Notes under the pieces: model-generated
The model's input: the letters and a program-made list of their open reading frames with translations, nothing else
Databases searched by the model: none
Told to the model about the DNA's origin: nothing
Program-made: the position numbers and the translations under genes
Part shown: positions 42,288 to 53,400 of the stretch, in pieces
How the letters are laid out: the number at the start of each line of letters is the position of its first letter
Numbering within the stretch: the first letter of the stretch is position 1
Assembly: GCA_003669585.1 (NCBI GenBank)
Contig: QWOQ01000005.1
Span: 131,846 to 195,845 of the forward strand
Direction of reading: 5' to 3'
Source of the DNA: Planctomycetota bacterium
Lineage (GTDB): Bacteria > Planctomycetota > Planctomycetia > Pirellulales > UBA1268
DNA: 64,000 bases

Positions 42288-43469
42288 TCACGGCAGGCGA
42301 AACAGGGTCGATCGCTGCTGCTCTTCCATCGTCTTGACTCGCTCTTCCGACGGCATGGTCACGAAGAGCCAGTCGTGGCACTTCACGCGAACGACTCGAC
42401 CGGGACGGTAACCATCGAGTAACTCGGTGAACTTCATGCGGACCTGAATGCCACTGCTGCCGGAGGGTGGGTTCTCGGATTCTTTCCACTCGATTACCTG
42501 GCCGATCTTCTTGTCACTGCGGTGAAACCACGTGCGCAGAGACTTCTCAGCCACAGCGACACCGAAGCCTTTGTCCTGCGTCGCTTTCAACTCGGCATAC
42601 AGCGAAGGGTCCATGCCGCCGAAAAGCGTCAGCGTGATGATGCCCCCGCCGTAGTCATTGTCTTCCACGGAGTCGATCCAACCGGGAAGCCAGCGCTGCT
42701 TCTGATACTTCACATGACGGCGGCGCTGGAGATCGGTCGCGAACTTCCGACTTTCGTCGTCGAGCCAGAGTTCCGAGACGGTGAATTCCCTGTCTCGCCA
42801 ACCGGGTGACCAGCCCAGGTTGAACTGCACGATTTGGTCTGGGGCGATATCAGTCAACTCGACCAGTGTGTGGCCTTTCCAGACTTTGGTGAGGTCGTCG
42901 ATATCAAAGGTGGAGGGCGTATTGATGCCGTCCTGGGCCATCTGGCCTGCCGGGGCGACATGGATTTTCCCCTTCTTGGAATCAATCGAGACCACCTTCC
43001 AGCTCTGACCGCGACGCTGATAGAAGCTGAAGTCGTCTTCCAGCGACACGGCATGATTCTGCTTGATTTCGTACCGCTCCATGTCTTTGGGTAGCGGCGG
43101 GATCGTGGCTTCTTCTCCAACTGGAGGCAGGTAGAAGTAACCGTGGACGTGAGTCCCGAGCGGGATGTCTCGTAGTTCAGCGGGAGCGCCGTTGAACGAG
43201 AGCATTCCATAGGGGAGCATCGCGAAATAATGCAGCGGCCCGCTGTGATAGCGATCGTGAGGCTCATTGCCATCCAGCCGCAAGCCCCCCCGACGATTGA
43301 CCGGGTCGATAATAACCAGCTCGCCTGCGAGGTACGTGCCGGTGTTCGGTGGCGGAAACTCGCCAGCCTTTGGGACGGGGTGAGCGGATTCCTGCGCAGT
43401 GGCAGGATCAAGGAGCAGACAGCACACAGCGGAACAAACGATCGACAGCAACCAAGAACGACGCATCAC
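42288..43469 (-). CDS. Exported hypothetical protein (paralog of 44906-46093)
   Basis: Signal peptide; LAGELV..VNRRG..RYHS..HYFAMLPYG..EDDFSFY..RWLPGW shared with paralog. Confidence 0.8.
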   Translation of the reverse strand: MMRRSWLLSIVCSAVCCLLLDPATAQESAHPVPKAGEFPPPNTGTYLAGELVIIDPVNRRGGLRLDGNEPHDRYHSGPLHYFAMLPYGMLSFNGAPAELRDIPLGTHVHGYFYLPPVGEEATIPPLPKDMERYEIKQNHAVSLEDDFSFYQRRGQSWKVVSIDSKKGKIHVAPAGQMAQDGINTPSTFDIDDLTKVWKGHTLVELTDIAPDQIVQFNLGWSPGWRDREFTVSELWLDDESRKFATDLQRRRHVKYQKQRWLPGWIDSVEDNDYGGGIITLTLFGGMDPSLYAELKATQDKGFGVAVAEKSLRTWFHRSDKKIGQVIEWKESENPPSGSSGIQVRMKFTELLDGYRPGRVVRVKCHDWLFVTMPSEERVKTMEEQQRSTLFRLP

Positions 43470-44836
43470 GACAACACCTCTGAGATCGTGCCGTTGCTGT
43501 CGGCGAATCTTTCCGTGGGGACATCCATCTTCTGAGCCATCGTCAGCAGCAAGTTACTGAGGTGTGCCTTGCTGTTCACGGGGCTGTGGCAGATCGCATA
43601 GTGTTTGCCAGGAGTGTCGAGGTCATATGTGTAGCCTTCTGGCTTCGACATCGCGTTGTAGTCAATGTGTCGACCGTGCTTGATCCCCAGTCCACCGCCG
43701 CCCGCGAAGATGAGCGGTAGGTTCGCATTGCCGTGGCTGTGACCGAAGGCCATGCCACTGCCGTAGAGGGCCATCGTCGAATCGAGCAACGGTCCGTCCG
43801 CGTCCTGCACCTGGCTCAGTCGGTCGAGGAAGTAGCTGAACTGTTGAATGTTGAACGTGTCACTCGCCGTCAGATCCTGCATCAGCTTAGGATTGGCGTT
43901 GTGGTGAGAGAGCGAATGGCGATCCTGCTTCACGCCGATTTCCGGGACCGATGGGCCAGTGCCTTCGTTGCCGGTGCTGAAAGTTGCTACGCGAGTCATG
44001 TCGGTCTGAAACGCCAGAACGATAATGTCGTACATCGTGCGCAGATACTCGCCGAGTCGTTCGAGGGAGATATCGCGATTGAGCTGCGACTCGACTGCCG
44101 GATCGACTTTGGGCCGAGGTGTATCGAGCCACTTGTCGGATCGCTCCGTGCGAATCTCCACTTCGCGAACCGAAGTCAGATACTGCTCCAGACGGCCGCG
44201 ATCCTCTTTCCCGAGTTGATCACCCAGAGACTGAGCTTCGCCCAGAATCGCGTCGAGAATGCTGCCTCGACGTTGCAGGCCACGCCGCTGCTTGGCAATG
44301 CCGCCTTGTGGTTCCGTGAACATATCTCGAAACACAACGCTGGGATTGCCTTGAGCCGGCAGGCCAATCCCATCGGCTGTACAGGCGAGGGAGTGTCCCT
44401 GATTACTCATCTCGATTGACGAGTAGCGGGTGAGCGGCGCAGTGACGTGCGTCATCAGCTGGTCGACTGAGATCGTGTTTCGTTCCGATTGCCCGATCTT
44501 GCCGCCAGTGAGCCAGATACTGCTGCAGTTATGGTGATGTCCCAAGCCATGCGGGTGATGGAGCCCGCTGATCGGCGTGAGGCTCGCGCGATGTTTCTTT
44601 AGCGGCAGGAGAGACTTGGAAAACTGGTAATCCGCACCGGCCTGCTTGATCTGGAAGTCGAGCGTATTCACGCCGTTGGGCAGATAGATGAAGACGCTTC
44701 GTTTGGCACGCGTCCGGGTTTCTGCAGCAGCCAGCGGTTGCATGCAGTCAAGCAGAGGGAGCGCGACAGCAACTCCGAGTCCTCGCAAGAAGTGTCGACG
44801 GTGAAGCAGCCGTCGTTGCGAGAGGAAGTGAGCCAT
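43466..44836 (-). CDS. DUF1552 protein
   Basis: RRHFLRGLGVAVALPLL, SILDAI, LAFQTDMTRVAT, HSLSHH, HLSNLLL. Confidence 0.9.
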   Translation of the reverse strand: MAHFLSQRRLLHRRHFLRGLGVAVALPLLDCMQPLAAAETRTRAKRSVFIYLPNGVNTLDFQIKQAGADYQFSKSLLPLKKHRASLTPISGLHHPHGLGHHHNCSSIWLTGGKIGQSERNTISVDQLMTHVTAPLTRYSSIEMSNQGHSLACTADGIGLPAQGNPSVVFRDMFTEPQGGIAKQRRGLQRRGSILDAILGEAQSLGDQLGKEDRGRLEQYLTSVREVEIRTERSDKWLDTPRPKVDPAVESQLNRDISLERLGEYLRTMYDIIVLAFQTDMTRVATFSTGNEGTGPSVPEIGVKQDRHSLSHHNANPKLMQDLTASDTFNIQQFSYFLDRLSQVQDADGPLLDSTMALYGSGMAFGHSHGNANLPLIFAGGGGLGIKHGRHIDYNAMSKPEGYTYDLDTPGKHYAICHSPVNSKAHLSNLLLTMAQKMDVPTERFADSNGTISEVLS

Positions 44837-44905
44837 TTCCAATTCTCCTGTTCGACTATGATCATCAGTACGACATGTTAGCCAGATTTCGCCACGAAGA
44901 ACGGA

Positions 44906-46093
44906 TCATCGCTCATCCAAACTGTTGATTCGTGCTTCGGGCGGCAGTTTGACGTTTGGGAAACTGTTGGGGCGAAATCGAATGATTCGTCCCGCGCGAT
45001 AGCCTTCGAGCAGACGGCTGAATTGTACACGCAGTTGCAATCCACTGCTGCCGGGCGGGGGATTCGGGGAGTCTTTGAAGTCGAGTACCGGGCCGTTTCT
45101 TGAATCGTGCTCCTGCCACCAAGTGCGAAGCGTCCATTCGGCAGCTGCCATCGAGGCACCTCCGCCGGGCTTGGCCTCGGCCCGAGCAGCATCGTACAAC
45201 GTTTGATCCATTCCGCTGAATAAGGTGACCGAGACAATGCCGCCACCGCCTGGCTGATGCTCCACATGATCGACCCAGCCTGGCAGCCAGCGAGTCCGCA
45301 TATGGCGAATATGGACCTGCCGTTGCACCTCGCGGGCCACATCTCGACTTTCCGGGTCAATCCAGACATCGGCGACGTGGAACATTCCGTTTTTCCATTC
45401 AGGAGCCCAGGTCAGATTCAACTGCATACTTTGGTCGGGTGCCAGATCCTTGAGTTCTCCAAACGCACGTCCGTTCCAGACTCGCGTACTGCGATCGATT
45501 TCAAACACACAATCGCCCGTCAATCCTGCGGAGGATGGCTGTCCTAATGAGCTGACATTCAGCGTCCCCTTGCTGATATCAACAGCTGTGATTTTCCAAG
45601 ACTGCCCCTGACGCTCATAGAAGCTGAAGTCGTCTTCCAGAGTCAGAGCCTGATTCTGTGCGGGAACATACTTGGACTGGTTTTTCTCGATCGGTGGGTA
45701 TGCGGTAATCCCTTCAGCAGGCAACAGAAATGTGCCATGCAGCAGAGTGCCAATCGGAACGTCGCGAAGCTCTGCTGGTGCTCCGTGATAACGCACGGTT
45801 CCATAAGGCAGCATCGCGAAGCGATGGCTCGGAGCGGAGTGATAGCGACTATCGTCATTGTCACCGACCAGCCGGATCGCACCGCGTCGATTGACATGAT
45901 CGACCGACACCAATTCTCCCGCCAGGGACACACCCGTGCCGAGTGCTGGAAACGTTCCAGGCTTGGGCACGACATCGGTCTCTGCGGCAAGAGATGGTGA
46001 CGCGTCATTCAGCAACGGCAATGCAACCACCATCCCAAGCGATTGCAGGATGCGACGACGGCTCACAGTGTGATCCCTGTTGACTTCATGCAT
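44906..46093 (-). CDS. Tat-exported hypothetical protein (paralog of 42288-43469)
   Basis: SRRRIL Tat motif; shared motifs with paralog. Confidence 0.8.
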   Translation of the reverse strand: MHEVNRDHTVSRRRILQSLGMVVALPLLNDASPSLAAETDVVPKPGTFPALGTGVSLAGELVSVDHVNRRGAIRLVGDNDDSRYHSAPSHRFAMLPYGTVRYHGAPAELRDVPIGTLLHGTFLLPAEGITAYPPIEKNQSKYVPAQNQALTLEDDFSFYERQGQSWKITAVDISKGTLNVSSLGQPSSAGLTGDCVFEIDRSTRVWNGRAFGELKDLAPDQSMQLNLTWAPEWKNGMFHVADVWIDPESRDVAREVQRQVHIRHMRTRWLPGWVDHVEHQPGGGGIVSVTLFSGMDQTLYDAARAEAKPGGGASMAAAEWTLRTWWQEHDSRNGPVLDFKDSPNPPPGSSGLQLRVQFSRLLEGYRAGRIIRFRPNSFPNVKLPPEARINSLDER

Positions 46094-46116
46094 GTGGGCG
46101 ACTTCGTCCTTCTCGA

Positions 46117-48540
46117 TCAGCGCTTTTGGAACAGGTCGGACAGGATCAGGTTCTCGATCAATGAGCGGAGCTTGTAACCTTCCGGCTTGCTGGCAGTTGC
46201 GATGGCCTTGATCTGCGGGGCATCGTCGATCGTCATCACACGTCGCAAGGCATAGGTGGCGAGCTGTTCGACAAACGCCTCGGCAAAATGATCGAGGTCC
46301 TGCAGCAAGAGATGTTTGAACTCGTCTGGTCCTTGGAATTGCTGGCCCTGGAGGAGGACGCCGCTGGCATTCACCAGTGGATTGCTGCCTTGCCCGGTGG
46401 CCACGTGCTCTTCCGTTCGCCAGCCACCAATGGCATCAAAGTTTTCGAAGGCAAAGCCGAGCGGGTCGATCTTCTGATGACACGAAGCACATGTGGAATG
46501 CGTGGCGTGTGCTTCGAGTTGCATGCGGATTGTGGCCTTGGGCTTGTCGCTGAGTGTTGGGGCCAGCGGTTCAACATTTGGCGGTGGTGGCGGGGGAGTT
46601 CGACCGAAGATCGCCTCCGACACCCACACTCCGCGATGCACTGGGCGATGACGCGTCCCATCCGAGGTAAGCGAAAGGATCGCGGCTTGTGTCAGCAGTC
46701 CGCCGCGATGATCCTCGGGCCGCAGCTTAACCTTCTGGAGGCCAGTGGTGGCAAGCGGCGGGAGTTGGTAGTGGGCTGCCAGTCGCGGGTTCGCCATCGT
46801 CCAGTCTGAGGAAATGAACTCGCGCAGCGAAAGATTCTGCGAGTCAACCTCATTGAAGAACGCCAGCGTCTCCAGGGACATACTTGTTTCCAGCCATTTG
46901 TCGTAGCCGGGATAAAGTCCCGGATCGGGCGGAAACATGCCGACGCGATGCAGTTGCAGCCACTGCTTCGGGAACGACTCCGTGAAACGACGATACTTTG
47001 AGTCCGCCAGCATCCGCCGGGTCTGTGATTTCAGTCCGTCCGGATGAGCGAGTGAACCGGCTTGGGCGGCCGCCAGCAGTTCGTCATCGGGCATTGAACT
47101 CCAGAGAAAGTACGACAACCGTGAGGCCAGTTCCCAATCGTTGACCGTGTCGCGTTTCTGACTGACGGAGCCCTCTTCGAGGTAATAGAAGTTTTTCGAC
47201 GTGAGGACGCCGACGAGCGCAGCTCGATAAGCCGTGTCGGGGGTTTCCCCCGCCTGGAGTTCGCTCTCGACGATCGTGACGTAGCGATCGACTTCGGCAT
47301 CGGTCATGGGGCGTCGCCACGCGCGACTGGCGAATCGCTTCAGTTGAGTCCGCATCTCGCCTGGGTCGATTTTCATCGCGGTGATATTTACGGGGAAGAC
47401 ATCCGAGCGTTTCTTTTGTTCCTCGTCGGTGATGATCGGACCTTCCCACTCGATCCAGTCAATGAGCAACATGGGGTAGATCGGCTCACCAGTATCCGTG
47501 AAGAGCAGATAGCCGGTTGGATTGATCCGGCGCATGTCGCGTGTGCTGGTAAAGACACTGCCGCCAGCATGCAGAATGTTGGCCGTGTGATCCCCTTCAC
47601 CTTGCTGCTTAAATGCACCGGCAACTTCATTGATCAAACTTAATCCCCCGGGCGACAACGCGGATTCAAATTCGACGAGGATCGGCTTGTCTTCCGGAGC
47701 AAGAATATCTTGGTCGTAGATCGACTTCTTCAACTCCTGATGCCAAATCGAAAGGTGTGGTGCCGGTCCTTGTGGCGGTTGAAGACCGCTTAGTTGAATG
47801 CGAACTCGATAGTTTCCTGGCTGCGAGATGTTCATCAAATTCTCCCGACGACCGGGAAAGACCTGCCAACGAACGCTCCCCGTGATCTTTTGCTCGGCCA
47901 GTAGTATCTCGTGTCCCTGGTTGGCGTCGCGACGAACAATGGCAGACTTCGTGGGCTGATCCGGAAAGGCGAGATTGAACGACTTCTCAGCGGCGAGGAA
48001 GTAGCGGTCGATATGCGATGGGGAGAGCGAGAGCAACGCGCCGATGCGATTGAAGCCATGCCAACGCGGGTCGTCGTTGAACAGTCCGGGCTGGTTGACA
48101 TCGAGATAGACGCCAAGCAGATCGTAGATCGTATGGCCGTACTCCTCGCGACTCAGTCGGTAGAGCGACACTGGCCCACGCTGGGCCAGCCTCGCGGCTT
48201 CGCCATCCTTGATCCGTGTCGACAGCCAATCGACGACCGCGCCGAGTTCTAAAGCCTTCGGTTGTGGTTCGTTCTTGGGCGGCATCTCACCGGAGTTCAT
48301 CCGAAACACGATCTCGCCCCAGCGCTGAGCCGTGGCTTGATCGACGAATTCGCGAGGGAGAGTATCGAGCCGAAACTTGCCTTCCTGCTTCTGGGCATCA
48401 TGACAACGCTGGCAATATGTCGTGAAAAACGGCTGAATGCTCGTGTCAAACCCAGCCGGTTTTGCCGCGAATGTCGTGCTCGCCGTGCTCGCAAATAGCA
48501 AGATTATCCACAGTGCCAGGGGCGACTTCTGTCGTATCAT
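46117..48540 (-). CDS. DUF1592/DUF1588 family cytochrome c protein (PSCyt)
   Basis: [41 protein letters not shown]. Confidence 0.9.
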   Translation of the reverse strand: MIRQKSPLALWIILLFASTASTTFAAKPAGFDTSIQPFFTTYCQRCHDAQKQEGKFRLDTLPREFVDQATAQRWGEIVFRMNSGEMPPKNEPQPKALELGAVVDWLSTRIKDGEAARLAQRGPVSLYRLSREEYGHTIYDLLGVYLDVNQPGLFNDDPRWHGFNRIGALLSLSPSHIDRYFLAAEKSFNLAFPDQPTKSAIVRRDANQGHEILLAEQKITGSVRWQVFPGRRENLMNISQPGNYRVRIQLSGLQPPQGPAPHLSIWHQELKKSIYDQDILAPEDKPILVEFESALSPGGLSLINEVAGAFKQQGEGDHTANILHAGGSVFTSTRDMRRINPTGYLLFTDTGEPIYPMLLIDWIEWEGPIITDEEQKKRSDVFPVNITAMKIDPGEMRTQLKRFASRAWRRPMTDAEVDRYVTIVESELQAGETPDTAYRAALVGVLTSKNFYYLEEGSVSQKRDTVNDWELASRLSYFLWSSMPDDELLAAAQAGSLAHPDGLKSQTRRMLADSKYRRFTESFPKQWLQLHRVGMFPPDPGLYPGYDKWLETSMSLETLAFFNEVDSQNLSLREFISSDWTMANPRLAAHYQLPPLATTGLQKVKLRPEDHRGGLLTQAAILSLTSDGTRHRPVHRGVWVSEAIFGRTPPPPPPNVEPLAPTLSDKPKATIRMQLEAHATHSTCASCHQKIDPLGFAFENFDAIGGWRTEEHVATGQGSNPLVNASGVLLQGQQFQGPDEFKHLLLQDLDHFAEAFVEQLATYALRRVMTIDDAPQIKAIATASKPEGYKLRSLIENLILSDLFQKR

Positions 48541-48607
48541 CCCGATCACTTTCAGTCTTGGTGACAAATCTGGAATTTGGCACTTTCGCAAACGGTTGTC
48601 TCGGGTC

Positions 48608-48643
48608 AAAGGATAGCCCGGTCAACGGCACTTCGGCAAGCGT
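48608..48643 (-). repeat. 36-bp module-junction site, copy 4
   Basis: Minus strand ACGCTTGCCGAAGTGCCGTTGACCGGGCTATCCTTT. Confidence 0.9.
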
Positions 48644-49128
48644 TGGACGGTTGACGAGGCAACGCTGAGGCCGTTCACGGCACGTCGGTCGGTGCCGTGA
48701 CTTCAAAGCTCACACCCAAACTGCCGCTGTGTGAACAGTTTTTCGCCGCCAAAGCAGCCCTTCCGGAATTCGACCAGCGGTTCGCTGCTTGTGGCCGCCC
48801 TCAACGCGAGCGGATTTCGATCACTGGCAGTTCATCGTGCGCGATCTCTACGTCGTCATGCCCCTGCCTACGCAAGTGCCGTCACGGCGGGTGGTTCGGC
48901 GCAAACACGTCGTGATAGCGGGTGCTTCCGCAGCGGTGGCACGCGAGTCGCACACGACCGAGAAACTCAACAGGTAAGAAGATTAGATTGTAGGAATGCC
49001 GGCGTTCAGCATGGTCGAAAGAATTTGCAGCGAAGCCGTGCGAGGAGGACGCCGCCAGCACCGCAATCAGACACAGTAGAAAACTTTTTTATGACAAAAT
49101 CTCGTTCACAAGCTGTAGAGAGCCCGGA

Positions 49129-50430
49129 TCAAATGCCCGTCAATCGCTCTGTCGAATCGCCAAAACTGTCGAGTTCCAAGCCACCCCACTCCATCAGGCT
49201 GAGGAACAGGCTACACATGCGCCGGTTCGGCGAATCGAGGTAATCGAGCATGCGGCCACCGCGGAGTTTTCCCCCTGCGCCTCCGAGCAGGATGATTGGC
49301 AACTGCTTCGCGTCGTGACTGCCGTGCAACATGCTCGAACAGTGCATGATCGAGGTGTTGTCGAGCAGCGTGCGATCCCCTTCCTTGACTTCTGACATCC
49401 GTTCGCAGAGGTAGGCGAGCTGGGACGTGAAGAACTGGTTGAGTGGGATAAGTTCCGGCGGCTGGGTGTGGGCCATCTGGTGATGCTGATCTTTGGCGCC
49501 GCAGTGAGTGTGGGTTTCGGCGGAGCCGTCGTTGCAATACTTGAGGGTCGCGATCCGGGTGGTGTCGGTGCGAAAGGCAAGCAGCACGATGTCGTTCATC
49601 AGTTTCCAATACTCAGGAATCTCGGTGGGAATCCCGTCAGATGGCCGCGGGCGATCAGGGGCGGCCAGAGTTGGCTGCCAGCCGTTGGCATCGCGCTGAG
49701 TGTCGGTTCTTTTGATGCGACCTTCGATCTCGTGAACGCTGCCCAGGTACTCTTCAAACCGCTGACGGTCCGAGAGGGAGAGCCGCAGACGCAGCGACTT
49801 CGCGTCTTCGAGCACGGCATCGACAACGCGGCGGTCGCCACGATTGCGATCGGTGCGGAAGAGTTGGTCGAAGGCCAGCGCAGGCCGCGTCTCGGTCCAG
49901 GTCGGCGACACCGCCGTGCTCCAGGAAATGTGCGAACTGTAGAGCAAGGGAAGCCCGTCCTGGAGTCCAGGGATCGGTCCTTCACAGCCTAGCACCAGCG
50001 ACGGGATTCGCGTGCGGTCGCCAATTCGCTGAGCCATCACTTGATCAAAACTGACGCCCGTGCGGACTTCGGCCCCCGACAACGGCGCGCCGCTGAGCAT
50101 GTTCCCTGTCTGCATGCAGTGAATGGCGCTCTTGTTGGCCTGCTCGTTCCACAGGCCGCGAAGGAAGACCATCCGCTCTTTCCACGGCTCGAGCGGTTCT
50201 AGGCACGGCCCAAGTTCCATGCCTGCTCCCTCCCCCTTGGCCCACCAGTGATTCGAGTGGAAGCCCATGCCCGTGAAAGTGACGAGCGTGCGAATGGGCG
50301 GCTGATCGCCGGCGCTTGTTTTTTCGCCCGCTGCGAACGAGAGCGATTCGAGCCAGGGCAGAGCCATCGAAACGCCGAGTCCACGCAGCAGGGTGCGTCG
50401 CGAGAAAATGGAAGAAGGTGTGGTGGGCAT
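49129..50430 (-). CDS. DUF1552 protein
   Basis: SRRTLLRGLGVSMALPWLES, LAFRTDTTRIAT, RMCSLFLS. Confidence 0.9.
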   Translation of the reverse strand: MPTTPSSIFSRRTLLRGLGVSMALPWLESLSFAAGEKTSAGDQPPIRTLVTFTGMGFHSNHWWAKGEGAGMELGPCLEPLEPWKERMVFLRGLWNEQANKSAIHCMQTGNMLSGAPLSGAEVRTGVSFDQVMAQRIGDRTRIPSLVLGCEGPIPGLQDGLPLLYSSHISWSTAVSPTWTETRPALAFDQLFRTDRNRGDRRVVDAVLEDAKSLRLRLSLSDRQRFEEYLGSVHEIEGRIKRTDTQRDANGWQPTLAAPDRPRPSDGIPTEIPEYWKLMNDIVLLAFRTDTTRIATLKYCNDGSAETHTHCGAKDQHHQMAHTQPPELIPLNQFFTSQLAYLCERMSEVKEGDRTLLDNTSIMHCSSMLHGSHDAKQLPIILLGGAGGKLRGGRMLDYLDSPNRRMCSLFLSLMEWGGLELDSFGDSTERLTGI

Positions 50431-50451
50431 GAGAACGTCCTTTCGTGAGTG

Positions 50452-53400
50452 TCAGGGGAATGTAGCAGCAGCAGTGGACGCTGGGCGAATGCAGCGGAAC
50501 TGCTCACTGTGAACAATCATGAGTAAGACATCCGACCAGCGGCCGCCGTCGACCATGGTCTTCGTCAGTTCGTTGACCAGCTTCCGATCGGAAAGCTGCA
50601 CAGCGCGTCCCAACGCGTAGCCCGTCAGTTTGTGAGCGAGTTCTCGCAGTAAGTCCTTACGCCGCGGACCGGCGATATAGTCGCGCAGGCCAACGAAGCC
50701 ATCGATATCGACGCCGTCACGCGTGGTTGCCCTGGCATCACCAGGCTTCTGATCTTTGGCGGGCCGCAGTCGGCCGAGGGCGTCGAATTGTTCAAGCGTC
50801 ATGCCGTAGGGATCGATGCGGACGTGGCAGCCGGCACAGGCTGCTTCCTGACGATGCCGCTCGGTGATCTCACGCACGCTGAGTCCGTCGGGCGGAGTCT
50901 CCGGCAGCGGTGGCACGCCGGGCGGGACCTTCGGCAGCCGCTCGCCGATCAGCTGAACCACCCACGCGCCACGCTTGACGGGGCTCGTACGGGACGCCGC
51001 TGACTGCTTGGCGAGCACCGCGCCAAATCCGAGCAACCCGCCGCGACCGTAGGCTGAAACCTTCTCGACGCGACGCCACTGCGGACCGGTGACGCCGGGG
51101 ATCCCGTAGTACTCGGCGAGGAGATCGTTGGCGACCACCGCGTCGGCTGCAATCACGTCGCCGACCGGACGGTCGTTCACGAGCAAATCCGCGAAAAATC
51201 GCACCGGCTCTTCGGCCAGCGCGTCGCGCACAGCCGGCGTGAACTCGGGAAAGTGCTTCAGGTTCCGGCCGTGGTTGGTGACGAAGTCCCGCACGCCCAG
51301 CCAGCGGGCGCCGAACTCCGCGGCCATGCCCTGCACCCGAACGTCGGTCAGCATCCGTCGCAGTTGCTCCTCCATGACCGCCGGCTCGTGGAGCCGCGCG
51401 GCCTTCGCCCGCAGTTGGTCGTCGGGAATCGAGTCCCACAGTAGGAAACTCAGCCGCGTCGCCAGTTCGTCGCCCGAGACCGGCTGCCAGTGCGGTCCCG
51501 GCGCGGGTTGTTCCGCCCGATAGAGGAACCAGGGCGACGACAGGACGCGGGCCATTGCGGCACGGAACGCCGGATCATGCTTGGCGCCTTCGGCACGGTC
51601 GGCGCGGTAAGACGTGAGGATCGCCTTCCGCTCGTCGGCGGCGAGTGGGCGGCGCCATGCTCGGGTAGCGAAGGCTAGTAGCGTCTCCAGATGCCCCGGC
51701 TCCGCAGCGACTTGAGTCGCGAGAAAGGCTTTCTCCTCACGTTTGATCTGTTCCTCGAACAGCTGGATGTAGAAGAACATGATCCGCGCGCCGTCGTTCG
51801 GCTTGCGGTAGTACTGCACGAGTCCCTCATACGCGATCGGGGTGGCGAACGCTTGCTCGCTCACAAACTCCAGTTCGCTCCACAGCCGGTCGATCTCAGC
51901 CCGGCCCGCCTCGTCGAGCAGGAGCCGACGCAGCGGCTCGTCTTCGCGGCGGTACAGGAAGACGCTGCCTTGAGCGTCTCGCGGGATGATCGGTTGAAAG
52001 AGGACCGCTGGCGGGAAGAGAGCACGAAACTCCGCCGCCGGCCGCGCCCGTTCGGCGGCGACGCGTGGATGCACGATCTGCGCGGCATGCGGGTCGCCCA
52101 CTTCAGCTTTGGCGACCGGCTCAGCCAGATTGCCGCCGCCGCCTGTGGCACCGATCAGGAACGCTTCAACGGAGGCCGTTTCCGGACTCGCTTCGTCGAG
52201 GCTCACATCGGCGCGGAGAAACCGAGGCAGCGTGAGCGCCTTCTGCAGATCTGCTGGCAGTTTCGTCAGATCGATGATGACCTCGGTACCGGCAGCCGTG
52301 ACGAGAGCAGACTTTGGCACCGGTCGCCCCTGCGGGTGATGGCCGAATTTGAGTCCCGATGCTTGCTCGACGACCGCCGCCAGTTCTGGATGCTCCGCAA
52401 ACACCAGCGGCGGACCGTCACCACCTTCCAGTCGCAGCCGGTCCCAGACCACAAAGGTGTTGGGCTGAGCTGGCAACGCAACCATACGGAAGAGCGGTTC
52501 ACGGGCGGCGCCTTGCACCCGCTCACGAGCGACCACGCGACGCAGATCCTCCCAGGCGGGAAAGCCATTGCCAACCGCCATGGCCGCATTCTTCCCGTAG
52601 TTGCCTTGAAACAACTGGTCCTGCGCGGCCTTGATCGCCGCCAAGACCGGTGCCGGATCGGTGGTTGCCTCCCGCCACTTTTCTCGAATGTGGTCGAGCA
52701 GTGCCGGAGCCGGACCGGGATCCGGCAGATCAGTGGACGCACTGCCCAGATCGGCCAGCGCCTGCCCCAAGTCTGGAGCCGCGACATGTGACAGCTCGAA
52801 CGAGACTCCGTCGCCACCCGAGGGATGGGCATCGGCAACGCGGCCCGCGACCACTAACTCACCAGCAATCGGACTCGTCCAGGCGATCGCCACAGGTCGT
52901 TTCTGTCCGGGATGCACGAAGACCGATCGTGCGGGCAATGTCGTCCATACACTAATTGGTTCCGCAGCGGAGTTCACGAAGACCGAGGGTTCGGAACCGA
53001 GGCTCCACGATTTCAGTTCGGACTTCCCTGCGATACTGTCGCGGCGTTCGGTGAGGAACGTCGGGAGGGATGTCGTTTCCAAAAAGCTCCAGCGGGCCTC
53101 GTGCTTGTCCGACCAGGGGTTTCCCATCAGCAGATTGGGCACCAGATCGGCGACGCTCCAGGTTCGCCCATCAGCGGCTGTTTCGTGGATCGTCCATTCG
53201 ACGAGCGTGCTGTCGGCCCCGTGATTTTCGTTCGGAAGCACAGTCAAGAGGAGCAGTTCGCCACGCTCGACCAAGACCTTGTGCTCGAAGGGAACAGAGC
53301 CCCCTTCCGCAACTTTGGACTCCGCAAGGACACGTTTCGACGATGCCCAACGGGACTCGATCTTTGGCAAAGCGGCCTTGCGTCGTTGCTTCTCGGCTTC

